Counted from the first letter of the stretch, positions 18,702-29,518 are shown. The stretch: DNA of 64,000 nucleotides from a bacterium BMS3Abin15 (GCA_002923195.1 BDTH01000074.1:9081-73080), one strand, 5' to 3'. Notes: generated by a model not told the origin, from the sequence alone. Program-made: numbers and translations.

Positions 18702-19004
18702 CTATCTGTTCTTCCCTTCGTGCCATTTTTGAAACTCGCTGTTTCGCCTTCCTTCTTCCTTATTTTTCTCAATATTAATTTTTCTCATTGCAAGCTCCTG
18801 ATTATACTCCCTTTCGGAAATTTGTTTAGTTTCAAATTCAATTTTCGGAGATTGCGCTAACGTCTCCCTTCCCAGCGTATTTTTCATTTTTTCAATCGCA
18901 TCATCTTCATTTTCAGCAATAAAAACTTCTCCCCGGGGCAGTGTCATAGATCCTGGCTCTTTGGCAAATACAGCAAAATATTTCTGTTCTTTTTCTCCAT
19001 TCAT
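18702..19004 (-). CDS. Hypothetical protein
   Basis: 100-aa ORF with GAGGTAGGA SD; terminator at about 18647-18672. Confidence 0.6.
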   Translation of the reverse strand: MNGEKEQKYFAVFAKEPGSMTLPRGEVFIAENEDDAIEKMKNTLGRETLAQSPKIEFETKQISEREYNQELAMRKINIEKNKEEGRRNSEFQKWHEGKNR

Positions 19005-19114
19005 AATTCAATCCTACCTCATTAAAATCTTTAAATCAAATAAAAAAAGGGAACATTTGTTAAAATGTTCCCCGATTTTTGATTATTTACTTCTTCTTTA
19101 TTGTATTTTACAAT

Positions 19115-19588
19115 TTAAATCCAAATTTTGCTTGAAAGATGTAGCATACATTCAACTTTGTTGCTTTCTCCGCCAAATTCATCTGTAAGACGGATGGTGA
19201 ATGTAATGATGTCGCCATTTTCTATTAATCTGGAATTATAAGGGATGGTAAGAACCACGAATTCAAACGTTCCCCTTGTCGGATCATCATTAACGTTAAC
19301 GATGTTGTAATCAATCCACTGGTACAGCATAGCTTGACGTACTCCATAATGCGGATTGGTGCCATCTTTTTTTGTTACTTTTGTCTCCAAAACGGCCTCA
19401 GCATATTCAATTCCGCCGACTATGTTACGAAAAGAAAATTCCAACTTAATCTCTTTCCCTGCTTGAATCGCCGAGAAATCTCCTATTACAGGCAAAGGCA
19501 CAGAGTCTCTTGCTGTCATAATATTGCTTATTAGCACATAAAGACAGGCCAGTAAGACAAGTAATAATATTTTTGTTGTCCTCTTCAT
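19115..19588 (-). CDS. Exported hypothetical protein (beta-rich)
   Basis: AAGGAGG SD, signal peptide MKRTTKILLLVLLACL. Confidence 0.6.
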   Translation of the reverse strand: MKRTTKILLLVLLACLYVLISNIMTARDSVPLPVIGDFSAIQAGKEIKLEFSFRNIVGGIEYAEAVLETKVTKKDGTNPHYGVRQAMLYQWIDYNIVNVNDDPTRGTFEFVVLTIPYNSRLIENGDIITFTIRLTDEFGGESNKVECMLHLSSKIWI

Positions 19589-19723
19589 CTTTGCCTCCTT
19601 TTCGTTTTTGATTTTATTGTTAAGTTGCAGGAAATTATCTGCTTCCATCCTACCCCATTAAATTTTTTAAATCAAACAAAAAAAATCCCCCGCCTAGGCG
19701 AGGGATTTTCTAATATCAATAAT

Positions 19724-20107
19724 TTATTCAGACATTCCCAGTTTGTCTTTCACTTTTTTTACCACATCTGCCATTTTCCAGTCAGATTTAATCAGATAGT
19801 CATAAGCGCCAGCTTCCGTTGCTTTATGCACATCTTCGGCAGTACTTAAGTTGGTAAGCATGATAACATCAGCACTCTTACCCCATTCATCTTCCCTTAA
19901 TTTATTAAGCATAGTTATTCCGTCCATCTTGGGAAGAATAATGTCCAGCAAGATAATGTCCGGATGTTCTTCCGTGGCAATGGCTAGCCCCTCTTCGCCA
20001 TTACTGGCCCTCATCACTCCTATTCCTTCTGCAGCAAACATATCCAGCAGCATTTGGGATAATTTATGGTCATCTTCAACAATTAGAATTTTTTTATCTG
20101 TAGTCAT
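19724..20107 (-). CDS. Stand-alone response regulator receiver (CheY-like)
   Basis: ILIVEDD, LLDIILPKMDG, MLTN and YLIK. Confidence 0.92.
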   Translation of the reverse strand: MTTDKKILIVEDDHKLSQMLLDMFAAEGIGVMRASNGEEGLAIATEEHPDIILLDIILPKMDGITMLNKLREDEWGKSADVIMLTNLSTAEDVHKATEAGAYDYLIKSDWKMADVVKKVKDKLGMSE

Positions 20108-20172
20108 TTTATTATACTTAAATATTATAACTTATTCTATTATAGCATATGGGATAAATTATTAAATAAAGC

Positions 20173-20556
20173 TTATGCGGGGCTAACTTTTAAGAATTTG
20201 ATGGATTTTTCAACGACTTTTGCCATAGGGGTTTCAGCTTTAATAAAATAATCCACCGCTCCCAACTTTTTGGCTTCATCAATAAAATTCTTCTCACTAA
20301 GATTGGAAGAAACTATTACTGGTGTGTTGATTTTCATTTTTTTTAATTTTTTCAAAATTTCAAACCCATCTACTTTCGGCAAAAGCAAATCCAGTAATAT
20401 TAAATCAAAATGGTTTTTCTTCAATATATCGAGTGCCTCTTTTCCGTCATGCACCATCTGGGCATTAAAACCAATGTTGTGGAATTTCAAATTAAGCATT
20501 CTTGCTATAGGACCCTCATCTTCAATAATTAGAATTTTCTTTTGTTTTTCAGTCAT
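20173..20556 (-). CDS. Stand-alone response regulator receiver (CheY-like)
   Basis: ILIIEDE, LLDLLLPKVDG, VSSN and YFIK. Confidence 0.92.
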   Translation of the reverse strand: MTEKQKKILIIEDEGPIARMLNLKFHNIGFNAQMVHDGKEALDILKKNHFDLILLDLLLPKVDGFEILKKLKKMKINTPVIVSSNLSEKNFIDEAKKLGAVDYFIKAETPMAKVVEKSIKFLKVSPA

Positions 20557-20599
20557 ATATAACTAAACTTTACCTTAAATAAATACTATTTGCAAAAAT

Positions 20600-22585
20600 C
20601 TATTCGTAGCGTAAAGCATCAAGCGCTGATATCTTTGTTGCCCGTTTTGCCGGATAAATGCCCGTCCCTATTCCAACAATTAGAGCAAGGAATAGAATTA
20701 GAAACACAAATAACGCAGGGATGTGCGACACATTTACAAACCCGACTCCCTTAAATAAAGCGAAGGCCGATAATATTAAACTGACGAGCTTGCCGCCTAT
20801 GAATCCGATGATTATGCCGATGACTCCGCCAAAAAATCCCATTATCATTGACTCGGTCAGAAACAACTCCCTTACTTCCGAGGATCTCATTCCCATAGCT
20901 TTCATCAGACCGACTTCTCTGGTGCGTTCAAGCAAAGACACGGTAAGGGTATTGAACATTCCCAACGCCGCCACGGACAGCGCCACGGTGCCCAATAATG
21001 CGAGTATTATTCTTACGGTCGCAAACAAGCTGTTGATTTGCTTGACCGTATCCACCACGGAAGAAGTCGCAAATCCCATAGCTTCAATCTTTCCTCTTAC
21101 ATCGCTTACTTCTTTCTGGCTAGTTAATACCACCGTTACTTGTGAGTAATTGGCTATACCCAAAGAACGCAAGTCTACAAAAGGAACATAGAATACCGGA
21201 GTCTTGTCTCCCGGTATTACCCCGACAATTACATATTCAGCAAATTCCGATTCTATCTTGTCTCCGCCATCAAATAACAGATCGCCTGTCACCACGAAAG
21301 AGGTGTTAAACTTCTCTCCTACCGCATTTCCTTCGTCAATGCCTAGCACTTTCAACATAGTCCTGTTTACCACCGCTTCTTTCTTGGCAGAAGGGGGTAA
21401 TACCACAATTTTCGTTTTTGCCGCCTGGGATGATTCTGATTCAGCAGGAATCTCCACCCAATCGACGGAAGTATCAGCCAGATCACTATCATCATCGGAA
21501 ACGCCCAATACTGCTGACGATCCGCTAATATTAACCAGGTCTGTTTCTGCTATATATCCGCTTTCTTGAGCATGATACGCGTTTTCATCTTTAATGGTCA
21601 GGTACTTCCCTTCTTCGCAATCCGCTTCATTAACATCGCAAGACTGGCGGTTCCAGAGATAGACCAAAGACTTAATCCACTTACCCATTTTTTTATCCTC
21701 ACCTACCAAAATTTTTCCGTTATCATTATCGGAGGCGTAGGGACTGCCCCAAACTTCGCTTCCCAAGTGCAGATCCTCAGTTCTCTTGGTGTATCCTAAT
21801 GTTTCCGAATTTGTATCTGGTCCTTCTCTTACTCTTACCCATTCTCCCGGATAAATGCTGAAATTGATTTCTTCTCTTGCTTTTTCACCCACCTTTTTTT
21901 CATCCCCTCTTGCAACTTCTTCCAATTCACTGACTTGTCCGAATACCTCGGCGACTATATCATTGCTTTCAAAAATATCTCCCCGGACCGGCTGGATAGC
22001 AGACTGCCTGAGGTAATCGGATGTGACGCCGTAAACCGCCATATCAGAAACAGATCCTTGGAAATCAACTTTTCCCACCACAGCAATAACAGGAAGCACC
22101 GCCTCAACATCGCTTATGCCTCTGAACTTGGCTAGCGATTTGTCATTAATTTTTATTTGCGATCCTGTCTGGGAAACAATATTTACCTGTCTCATTTCAT
22201 TAAGCTTAGCAACACGAGAAATTACGAGTTTCTGAAGTCCATAGCCCAGAGAAACAAGAAATACTATAGCGCCAATTCCCACCGCCATACCGCCGATGGT
22301 GATTATTGACCTGGAACGCTTAAAGTTCATGCTCTTGATGGCCAATTCAATAAGATTAACTCTGTTAATAGTGTTTTTGCTATGCCGGCTAAACTTTAAA
22401 ATATGAACATGTAAATTATTAAGAGGCCCTTTTAATTTATCCCTCATAATCTGCGGGGTAAATTTTCCCAAAAACCTGATAACCGAAGCAAGTAAATACA
22501 CAATTAACATTAAAACAAAAGTGCTTGTATACCATACAGACTTTGCGAAATTATCATAAATTCTTGTAAGCAGTTTTTTTATCAT
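20600..22585 (-). CDS. MacB/FtsX-family ABC transporter permease with an enlarged extracellular domain
   Basis: RSIITIGGMAVGIGA, LERTREVGLMKAMG and YPAKRATKISALDALRYE. Confidence 0.9.
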   Translation of the reverse strand: MIKKLLTRIYDNFAKSVWYTSTFVLMLIVYLLASVIRFLGKFTPQIMRDKLKGPLNNLHVHILKFSRHSKNTINRVNLIELAIKSMNFKRSRSIITIGGMAVGIGAIVFLVSLGYGLQKLVISRVAKLNEMRQVNIVSQTGSQIKINDKSLAKFRGISDVEAVLPVIAVVGKVDFQGSVSDMAVYGVTSDYLRQSAIQPVRGDIFESNDIVAEVFGQVSELEEVARGDEKKVGEKAREEINFSIYPGEWVRVREGPDTNSETLGYTKRTEDLHLGSEVWGSPYASDNDNGKILVGEDKKMGKWIKSLVYLWNRQSCDVNEADCEEGKYLTIKDENAYHAQESGYIAETDLVNISGSSAVLGVSDDDSDLADTSVDWVEIPAESESSQAAKTKIVVLPPSAKKEAVVNRTMLKVLGIDEGNAVGEKFNTSFVVTGDLLFDGGDKIESEFAEYVIVGVIPGDKTPVFYVPFVDLRSLGIANYSQVTVVLTSQKEVSDVRGKIEAMGFATSSVVDTVKQINSLFATVRIILALLGTVALSVAALGMFNTLTVSLLERTREVGLMKAMGMRSSEVRELFLTESMIMGFFGGVIGIIIGFIGGKLVSLILSAFALFKGVGFVNVSHIPALFVFLILFLALIVGIGTGIYPAKRATKISALDALRYE

Positions 22586-23355
22586 TTGCTTTTATTGGTA
22601 TCTTTATTATAAAGTCCGCGCTTGTAAACTAATTCTTTTAATAATTTACTTTTCTCTTTTGACCCGTAGGTTTTTACAACTTCCCCGTCAAATATTTGAA
22701 TGAGATAGTTAGCAAAATGTAGATACGCGAAATCGTGAGTTACCATAATAATGGTTTTTCCGTGCTGCTTGTTTAAATCACCGAGAAGCTGCATCATTTG
22801 CTGGCCTGATTCATAATCAAGGTTCCCCGTAGGCTCATCAGCAATAATGACTTCCGGGTTGTGGATAAGGGACCTGGCCAGGGAGACGCGCTGTTGCTGC
22901 CCGAAAGACAACTCGGTAGGAATATAGTCCGCCCACTCAACCATCCCAACCTGTCTCAGCATTTCCAGTGCTTTTTCTTGAGCAATAGTATTTTCTATCC
23001 CGAGGAGCGTTAGGGGAAATGCCACATTTTCCTTGACATCCAAAGCCTTTATCCAGTTTGATTGCTGAAAAACCATTCCGATAAGCTGTTTCCGAAAAAT
23101 AGCCCTGTCGTCCTCGTTTGTTCCCTCATAAAGATTGTGTCCAAAAAGAACCACATTTCCTTCATTGGGATCCTCCAGTCCTAAAATGGTATGAAGTAAT
23201 GTGGACTTGCCACAGCCGGAAGGGCCGAAAATAATAGCAAAATCGCCGTCTTTAATGGTAACGGAGACATTCTTCAGAACCGGAACATCCTGTGAACCGA
23301 CAGAGAATGACTTGCAAACACTATTTACTTCGATAACCGGCTGGTGGTTTTCCAT
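22582..23355 (-). CDS. ABC transporter ATP-binding protein (LolD/MacB type)
   Basis: GPSGCGKS, variant signature LSFGQQQR, ADEPTGNLD and VTHD. Confidence 0.92.
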   Translation of the reverse strand: MENHQPVIEVNSVCKSFSVGSQDVPVLKNVSVTIKDGDFAIIFGPSGCGKSTLLHTILGLEDPNEGNVVLFGHNLYEGTNEDDRAIFRKQLIGMVFQQSNWIKALDVKENVAFPLTLLGIENTIAQEKALEMLRQVGMVEWADYIPTELSFGQQQRVSLARSLIHNPEVIIADEPTGNLDYESGQQMMQLLGDLNKQHGKTIIMVTHDFAYLHFANYLIQIFDGEVVKTYGSKEKSKLLKELVYKRGLYNKDTNKSK

Positions 23356-23372
23356 AAATATTTTATTGCTTG

Positions 23373-26300
23373 TTATAATCTCTTCAGAAATCCAAATACT
23401 TCCTTAAGATTTCCAATTACAAGATCGAATGCGTTATCAGCGATCTTAGGAGTTATAGTCACGGTGTCAATAGATCTTGAATCATTGTTGGCTTCATCCT
23501 TGGATATTGCGCGTAAATGATAAACTTTTGATGGAGTAAGATTAGAAACGATAACCAAGTGATTGCTGGTGAAATTGGCATCCTCTTGTGTTTTTTGAGC
23601 GTAGGAATCGCCAGTTCCTTCTCCGAATTCCACCTGGCTGGTAGCCGGTTCATCTGTATCCCAAGTAACAACTAACTGGGTAACCGCATCTTCAGTGGGA
23701 CTTCCGAAAACGCCAGATCCTTCTACTTGAAGGCTGGATATCTGAGGAGGACGGGTATCAGTGGCAGTCGTAAGCTTGTGTGTATCGCTCACGGCTTCAT
23801 TGCCTATTATATCTCTTCCCTTAACAACAACTATGTAATCCGTATGGGGAAGCAATCCTCGGATAGTTGTCTTATGTTCACCAGACACAAGGGTGACATC
23901 GACTTCGTCTCTTGATCGGCTGGAATCCCCATCCGGATAATAAGTAACAATAGATGATATTTCAGTATTGGTATCCCAGGAAACAAGAATAGTCGGCTGA
24001 GCTGCTCCTCTGGCCTGCTGTACGCGGACATTGGAAATTTTAGGGCGGGGCAGAGTGGTAAAATCAAGCGTTGTCCCATCGTACTCATCATCCTCCGCGT
24101 CATAAGTATTGATTTTGTAATAATATTTTGTGCCATCCTTAAGGCCACTAAGAGTTACTACATAGGTGGATTTTGAAGTAGAGGTTGAAATTTCCGACAA
24201 ACCGCCGAAAGACGTTGACTCTCCATAATATATCTTGGCTTCATTGGCTCCGTCGGTAGTAAATTTTATAACCGCACTGGAAATTCCGACACTTGTTACT
24301 TCAACATCCTGCACCGTAGGCGCGTAATCTGTCCTGAAGCTTTCTTCGTCGCTTGTTCCTGTATTTCCATCTTCGTCGGTCCATTTGGCTTTGTAATAGT
24401 ACCTGGTTCCGGGCGATAAATTAGTAAGGTTGATCTCGTGGCTGGTTACCTGATCAGAAGTAGAAGGCTCTTCATCATAATAATCCCCGGATTTTTTCCC
24501 GTAAGACACCTTGGAATCTGCAGTTCGGTCTGTTGACCATTCTATGGCGGCTCTTTGAGTAGTAATACCATCAACTGAAGGATCAGAAGTAAGTTCAGCC
24601 GCTTCGGTAAATTTTCCATCAGGGTATCCCGACGCAGTAGAAGAGACAGCTGAACAGTTGTTGGCGCTGTCACAGGCTTTGACGCAATAATAATATGTCT
24701 GCTGAGAAAGTCCTGTATCTGAATATGATGTACCGGCAGTTGATCCTAATTCGGCAAAAGAAGCGAAACTGGAAGAACACGTCGTATTAGTGGCAGATCT
24801 GTATATGTTATAATTTTCCACTCCGGCTCCCACACTTGATGGCTCTTCCCAGGATAAAGCCAGTTTCCAGTTTGATGTAGCCTTAATTGATATATCCGCC
24901 ACATCAACGCTCCTTGGTATTCCCGGCGCAGTTCCAGAATAAGTAAATTCTACTGATACATAGACGTCGTAATTAATATTAGCTGCTTCATCTTTGGCAA
25001 CAAGATAAAGGGTATTAGCACCCGGTTGATTGGCAAAAGCATCCGCTGAAAGAGAAGTTGCGCCAGCGGAAGTATAGGTGCAGGAAAGCGCGGAAGGAAG
25101 CGTATTTATTGTATAACAATAAGTGATATTGCTGGCTTGCCCAAAATATGTAGTCGGGGCATCCCAAGAGAATGCGTAAGAGTTGGTTGTGCTGGTTGAA
25201 GGAGTGACATCCAAATTAAGGGGAGCGGACGGAGCGCTGGTGTTCAACTTAATAGTTCCGGTTGTATATGTGGTGGAAACGTTTCCGGCCGTATCCCAAG
25301 TGCGGAAATACAAGGCATTAGTGCCTTCCTGAAGATCATCATAATCGGGAGGATCTTGAGTCGCATAAAGCCCGTCATCCGCAAGAAGGTCGGTACTATC
25401 CTGTGCCCCAGAGTGGGAGTCGCCGTACCAAGTTCCGCTGCTTCCTATTCTGTATTGAAGGCCGGCCACTCCAGAGTGGCTATCACTGGTTGCATCTTCT
25501 CCAGCAGTCGGCCATGTAATGTTGACTGCTTCGGTGGAAATCCATTCTCCCGGAAAGGATATGTATGCGGGATTATCCGGCAAAGTATTATCAAAACGAA
25601 ACTGGAATTGGGCATCAATAGTTGAATAAATATTTCCGGCATGGTCTATAGCCCATATAGTTAAATAATAGGGATCAGTATCAATACTAGAGGTCAGCCA
25701 GGTAGCTCCGCGGTAAGCAGTTGTGGCAAAATCAATTGAAGTGGCATTGATTATGAACTGGCAGTCGGTTCCGACCGTACTGACCGGAGAAGTGCCTAAA
25801 AGGCTGCTACCAGCATTAAAAAGCGCGGTTGGATCTATTCCTAGATACAAACAATATCCTTTAAGTCCTGCTTGAGAATCAGATCCGGCCGTCCAGGAAA
25901 AGTAAGGAGCCGGATCATTGGTCCAATCATTAGAATTCAGATCGGTTCCCCCGGCCTGTTTTTTCATCGCCACACTGGAAGCATTGGTTTCCGGCGCCGT
26001 GTCATCAGACATATAATAAATGGTAAAATTATCCAGTTGCGGATTACTAACTCCATCTGAAGAAGCCAGAGTGGCCTTAATTTGTATATATCTGCCTGCC
26101 GTTCCGGTCGGGATACTTAAAACATCCAGTTCCCCTTTGGTTTTAGTAAAGGGGTTGCTAGTGGCGATTCCAAGATTGGCATAACTGGCAGAAGAGAGAT
26201 CTCCGGCAGAAGCGGCCGCTCTCATCTGGAAAGTTACTGACGAATTAGCCCCGACATTGGCTACTGTTGCAGAAAAAGCAGTAGAATCTACATCATCTCC

Positions 26301-28049
26301 GTCTCCCCATCCCCCGTTCCAGATAACATCCATTACATTTGAATCAGTCGGGGATTCCCATGTTCCAGAAGCGTTAATCACCGTCGTTTCACTGCCGGTG
26401 CTAAAAGACGGATCGGGATAAGAATATTGGCGCATCATCGGATACGACCAAATGGTTGCTTCTGAACCTGCGTTTTTCTGATAATGAGCCGAGACCGGCT
26501 TATCACATGTCATATACCAAGGATTGGCGGTGAAGACATTGGAGTCTCCCGTTCCAAATCCCAAAAAATAAATCGATGAATTAGATGAAGATCCTGACCC
26601 AGATCCAATAGTTCCACCACTGGTATTATAAACTGTACAGCTAAATGCCTGATCTGAAGCAATAGAAATATAATCAGTGGTAACAGCTGATCCATAAGTC
26701 GTTCCCATATCCCTGACCAATTGAAACATATGAGAATCTCCTCCATCAGCATCAGCATACTGATGCACTCCAATAGGATCATTCGCCGACCAAGCTAAAA
26801 TTGACGGACCAGCTCCGAATGAGCCTCCTCCTCCGGGACCTATATATGTGTCAGCTCCGAGATCCGCCGGATCAACCGCAGATGATCCGGATGATAAGAA
26901 GTAGCGATAATCAGCTCCGCTGGCATTTGACATAAGTTCCACATTTGAACCGCTTCCTATCCATTCACTGGCACTAGATGGATGAAGAGGCATTGGATCA
27001 GTAGTTCCTTTCTCATAAAAAATAATGACCGGATAATCACTGGATATTCTCACCTGGCCGGTTGTAATACCGCAAGACAGTGTTGCTCCCGATGAAGTAA
27101 CTGACTGGCTTCCGCATTTCAGAGTTCCGGCATTGTATATATCCACAGTCGCATCCTGCCATGGCGCTATTGCAAAGAAAGTATCGGTGCTGGGACTGCG
27201 GCTGAACATTAAAAACTCAGTTCCAGCCCAAGATACGGGAACAAGGGAGTCGGTATCCTCAGAAGAATCATCGGCATTAAAAAATTTCGTCGCGGTAACG
27301 GGAGCCCACTGGTCAATACTAGAAAAAGAATTGGTATCATATTGATCCATTGACCTAGTCACTCCGTTATGAGTAATGGAGTTTCCATCTTCCAGTGAGA
27401 TAATTTGAAGATCGTCCACGCTGCTGTCAAGAACATAAGCAATGGTTTTTTCCGTTGAGTAGCTAAAGGTAGCCGATTCATCCTGTCCTTCAGAAGCAGC
27501 CGCAGCGCCGTAGTACATATAGATTGTCGTATTGGAAGACGCGGCGATTGAATCAACTTTGACCCATATTTCCGTGTCGGAAGTATCGCAAGTTCCTCCT
27601 ACAATGAAATAATCCAATGCTGCAAAGCTAGCATTAGTAAATCGCAGATCATCGCAATCAGATTGCATTTTTCCTCCTGATATTAAGGTAGCAGTGTCAA
27701 TTGCGTCAATAAGAACCTGGTATTCAGTCAGGGTATTGCTATTAGATGTATTATCAATCGTAATTTCCCTCCGGTAAGTCGTTCCGTCCGGCCCTCCTCC
27801 CTCATCAAGCTGGACAAACGCATCGTCTCCGCTTCCCGAAACTTCCGTGTTAGCCAATGTCCCCTGGTTGAAATGCGTGTCAGTGTACTTGGCGACTGAA
27901 GTAGCTGTATCGGCAAAAATTTTAGGAATGACAAAATTGGAAACTGTTAGATAAAATCCTATGACTATTCCGGAAAACAAAACCAGCACTCCAAATAAAT
28001 TGAACTGCCATCTGGCGATTAATATTTTTTTCGTAAACAGGAGATGCAT
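23373..28049 (-). CDS. Giant surface protein: TM anchor, DUF2341-like domain, Ig-like and multiple fibronectin type III repeats
   Basis: MQSDCDDLRF...IWVKV...IYMYYG (DUF2341-like); repeated W-x-T...LxPxTxYYY FN3 units; Ser/Thr-rich; ORF extends to 28124. Confidence 0.85.
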   Translation of the reverse strand: MHLLFTKKILIARWQFNLFGVLVLFSGIVIGFYLTVSNFVIPKIFADTATSVAKYTDTHFNQGTLANTEVSGSGDDAFVQLDEGGGPDGTTYRREITIDNTSNSNTLTEYQVLIDAIDTATLISGGKMQSDCDDLRFTNASFAALDYFIVGGTCDTSDTEIWVKVDSIAASSNTTIYMYYGAAAASEGQDESATFSYSTEKTIAYVLDSSVDDLQIISLEDGNSITHNGVTRSMDQYDTNSFSSIDQWAPVTATKFFNADDSSEDTDSLVPVSWAGTEFLMFSRSPSTDTFFAIAPWQDATVDIYNAGTLKCGSQSVTSSGATLSCGITTGQVRISSDYPVIIFYEKGTTDPMPLHPSSASEWIGSGSNVELMSNASGADYRYFLSSGSSAVDPADLGADTYIGPGGGGSFGAGPSILAWSANDPIGVHQYADADGGDSHMFQLVRDMGTTYGSAVTTDYISIASDQAFSCTVYNTSGGTIGSGSGSSSNSSIYFLGFGTGDSNVFTANPWYMTCDKPVSAHYQKNAGSEATIWSYPMMRQYSYPDPSFSTGSETTVINASGTWESPTDSNVMDVIWNGGWGDGDDVDSTAFSATVANVGANSSVTFQMRAAASAGDLSSASYANLGIATSNPFTKTKGELDVLSIPTGTAGRYIQIKATLASSDGVSNPQLDNFTIYYMSDDTAPETNASSVAMKKQAGGTDLNSNDWTNDPAPYFSWTAGSDSQAGLKGYCLYLGIDPTALFNAGSSLLGTSPVSTVGTDCQFIINATSIDFATTAYRGATWLTSSIDTDPYYLTIWAIDHAGNIYSTIDAQFQFRFDNTLPDNPAYISFPGEWISTEAVNITWPTAGEDATSDSHSGVAGLQYRIGSSGTWYGDSHSGAQDSTDLLADDGLYATQDPPDYDDLQEGTNALYFRTWDTAGNVSTTYTTGTIKLNTSAPSAPLNLDVTPSTSTTNSYAFSWDAPTTYFGQASNITYCYTINTLPSALSCTYTSAGATSLSADAFANQPGANTLYLVAKDEAANINYDVYVSVEFTYSGTAPGIPRSVDVADISIKATSNWKLALSWEEPSSVGAGVENYNIYRSATNTTCSSSFASFAELGSTAGTSYSDTGLSQQTYYYCVKACDSANNCSAVSSTASGYPDGKFTEAAELTSDPSVDGITTQRAAIEWSTDRTADSKVSYGKKSGDYYDEEPSTSDQVTSHEINLTNLSPGTRYYYKAKWTDEDGNTGTSDEESFRTDYAPTVQDVEVTSVGISSAVIKFTTDGANEAKIYYGESTSFGGLSEISTSTSKSTYVVTLSGLKDGTKYYYKINTYDAEDDEYDGTTLDFTTLPRPKISNVRVQQARGAAQPTILVSWDTNTEISSIVTYYPDGDSSRSRDEVDVTLVSGEHKTTIRGLLPHTDYIVVVKGRDIIGNEAVSDTHKLTTATDTRPPQISSLQVEGSGVFGSPTEDAVTQLVVTWDTDEPATSQVEFGEGTGDSYAQKTQEDANFTSNHLVIVSNLTPSKVYHLRAISKDEANNDSRSIDTVTITPKIADNAFDLVIGNLKEVFGFLKRL

Positions 28050-28077
28050 TATCCGCTTATTATTAATCTTTTTATTT

Positions 28078-28515
28078 TTATTTCTGATCCCAATACTTGA
28101 AAATTCCCGATTCTTCCATATCAATCCTTAAAACCAGTGTTCTTCTAACTTTTGAAAATTCATGTTCAAATTCTGAGGAGTTGTATTCAATACTGGCGAC
28201 ATCTTTGTATATTTCTAAAAAAACTTTGATCTCTGCTTCTATATTTTTCATCTCTCCAATAAATCCTTCGGTCATAGCAGTGTCCTCTCCTTTGACTTTC
28301 ATATTTTTCAATAATTCAACATAAAGAACCTCATTTTCCAGATCTACATGCTCTGTCAAGTCTTGGCTGAATTTCCCTAACCTCTTAAGTATTTCTTCTG
28401 CACTATAACTGTTGTTTTTGGTTACTTGGTTATATATAAAACCCAGCTCCTCTCGCAGATTGTTACGCTGATTGATTAAAGTTGAGATTAGTTCCTTTTT
28501 CTCATCTTTATTCAT
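28078..28515 (-). CDS. Hemerythrin-like four-helix protein (degenerate ligand set)
   Basis: HVDLENEVLY retained; second HxxxE reads RIDMEE. Confidence 0.7.
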   Translation of the reverse strand: MNKDEKKELISTLINQRNNLREELGFIYNQVTKNNSYSAEEILKRLGKFSQDLTEHVDLENEVLYVELLKNMKVKGEDTAMTEGFIGEMKNIEAEIKVFLEIYKDVASIEYNSSEFEHEFSKVRRTLVLRIDMEESGIFKYWDQK

Positions 28516-28560
28516 AGCATTTAGATTATATCATAGAACAAAGCAGTTATAAACAGTACA

Positions 28561-28667
28561 CCCCCACACCTATGCAAGTAATAATCGTAATTTTTTAACA
28601 AATAAGCCTTGTTGTCTAGATTAAATTGTAAGATTATACACAGTGTTTTTATATATAGGTGTGGGGG
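28561..28667. mobile_element. 107-bp miniature inverted-repeat element (CCCCCACACC family)
   Basis: CCCCCACACCTAT...ATAGGTGTGGGGG with TACA/TAAA flanks; ends 5 nt before TTGACA. Confidence 0.8.
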
Positions 28668-28672
28668 TAAAA

Positions 28673-28725
28673 TTGACATATTTTTCACAGTTAGTAGTAT
28701 TACTAATGTACCTACCCCCCAGGTA
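28673..28725 (+). promoter_or_regulatory. Promoter and putative CsoR operator
   Basis: TTGACA (28673), TAGTAT (28695), then TACCCCCCAGGTA (28713-28725), matching the TAC-(G/C tract)-GTA form of CsoR-family operators. Confidence 0.7.
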
Positions 28726-28755
28726 TGTATTATTTAATAAGAAATCCACGCAATT

Positions 28756-29031
28756 ATGAAGAGTAGCCCGAAACAACAATCGCTAACTAATTTTAAAAAA
28801 GCCAGCAGCCATATTGACAAAATAATAACGATGGTAGAAAACGGCAATTATTGCATAGACATTATGCAACAAAACTTAGCTGTAATCGGACTGTTGAAAT
28901 CTGCCCACCAGATGTTAATGGAGGGTCATCTTAGGGGTTGTTTTACTAATGCGATGGAGACAAAAAATGAACGGAGAAAACAAAAAATGGTGGAAGAAAT
29001 TTTGAGAGTTTCTAAATTACTCAATAAATAA
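28756..29031 (+). CDS. csoR: CsoR-family copper-sensing repressor
   Basis: YCIDIMQQ Cys and HLRGC His/Cys ligands. Confidence 0.88.
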   Translation: MKSSPKQQSLTNFKKASSHIDKIITMVENGNYCIDIMQQNLAVIGLLKSAHQMLMEGHLRGCFTNAMETKNERRKQKMVEEILRVSKLLNK

Positions 29032-29033
29032 TT

Positions 29034-29501
29034 GTGAAGAAAAATATAATAATTATAGTTATAGTTGCAGCAGTTGCGTCACTGGTCTTTTATTTTTTAA
29101 GTCAGCGTAACCCTGAAATCAATTCTAGCAATGAAGAAAATAAAGTTATAGTTTATAAATCACCTACTTGCGGATGTTGTGTAAAATACATAAGCTATCT
29201 CAAAAGCCAAGGACTCAAAATTGAAACTGTTACCACTAATGATACAGCTTCTGTAAAAAATGAGCATAAAATCTCGCGCGATATGGAAAGCTGCCATACT
29301 GCCATTTTTGGAGATTATTTTGTAGAGGGACACGTTCCCATTGAAGCAGTCAACAAATTATTGGAAGAAAAACCGGATATTGATGGAATTGCATTACCTG
29401 AAATGCCATCCGGATCTCCCGGGATGCCCGGGCCCAAGTTGGAACCGTTTAAAATTTACAGCATAAAAGACGGGCAAGCATCAGAGTTCTTAAGTTTGTA
29501 A
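29034..29501 (+). CDS. DUF411/CopG-like exported copper protein
   Basis: YKSPTCGCC, SCHTA, EGHVP and MPSGSPGM. Confidence 0.88.
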   Translation: MKKNIIIIVIVAAVASLVFYFLSQRNPEINSSNEENKVIVYKSPTCGCCVKYISYLKSQGLKIETVTTNDTASVKNEHKISRDMESCHTAIFGDYFVEGHVPIEAVNKLLEEKPDIDGIALPEMPSGSPGMPGPKLEPFKIYSIKDGQASEFLSL

Positions 29502-29518
29502 TTAAACAATAGTATATT

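Noticed and set aside
23373-28049. Diversity-generating retroelement target or intein in the giant surface protein
   Set aside because: No reverse transcriptase, no template/variable repeat pair and no intein terminal motifs were seen.
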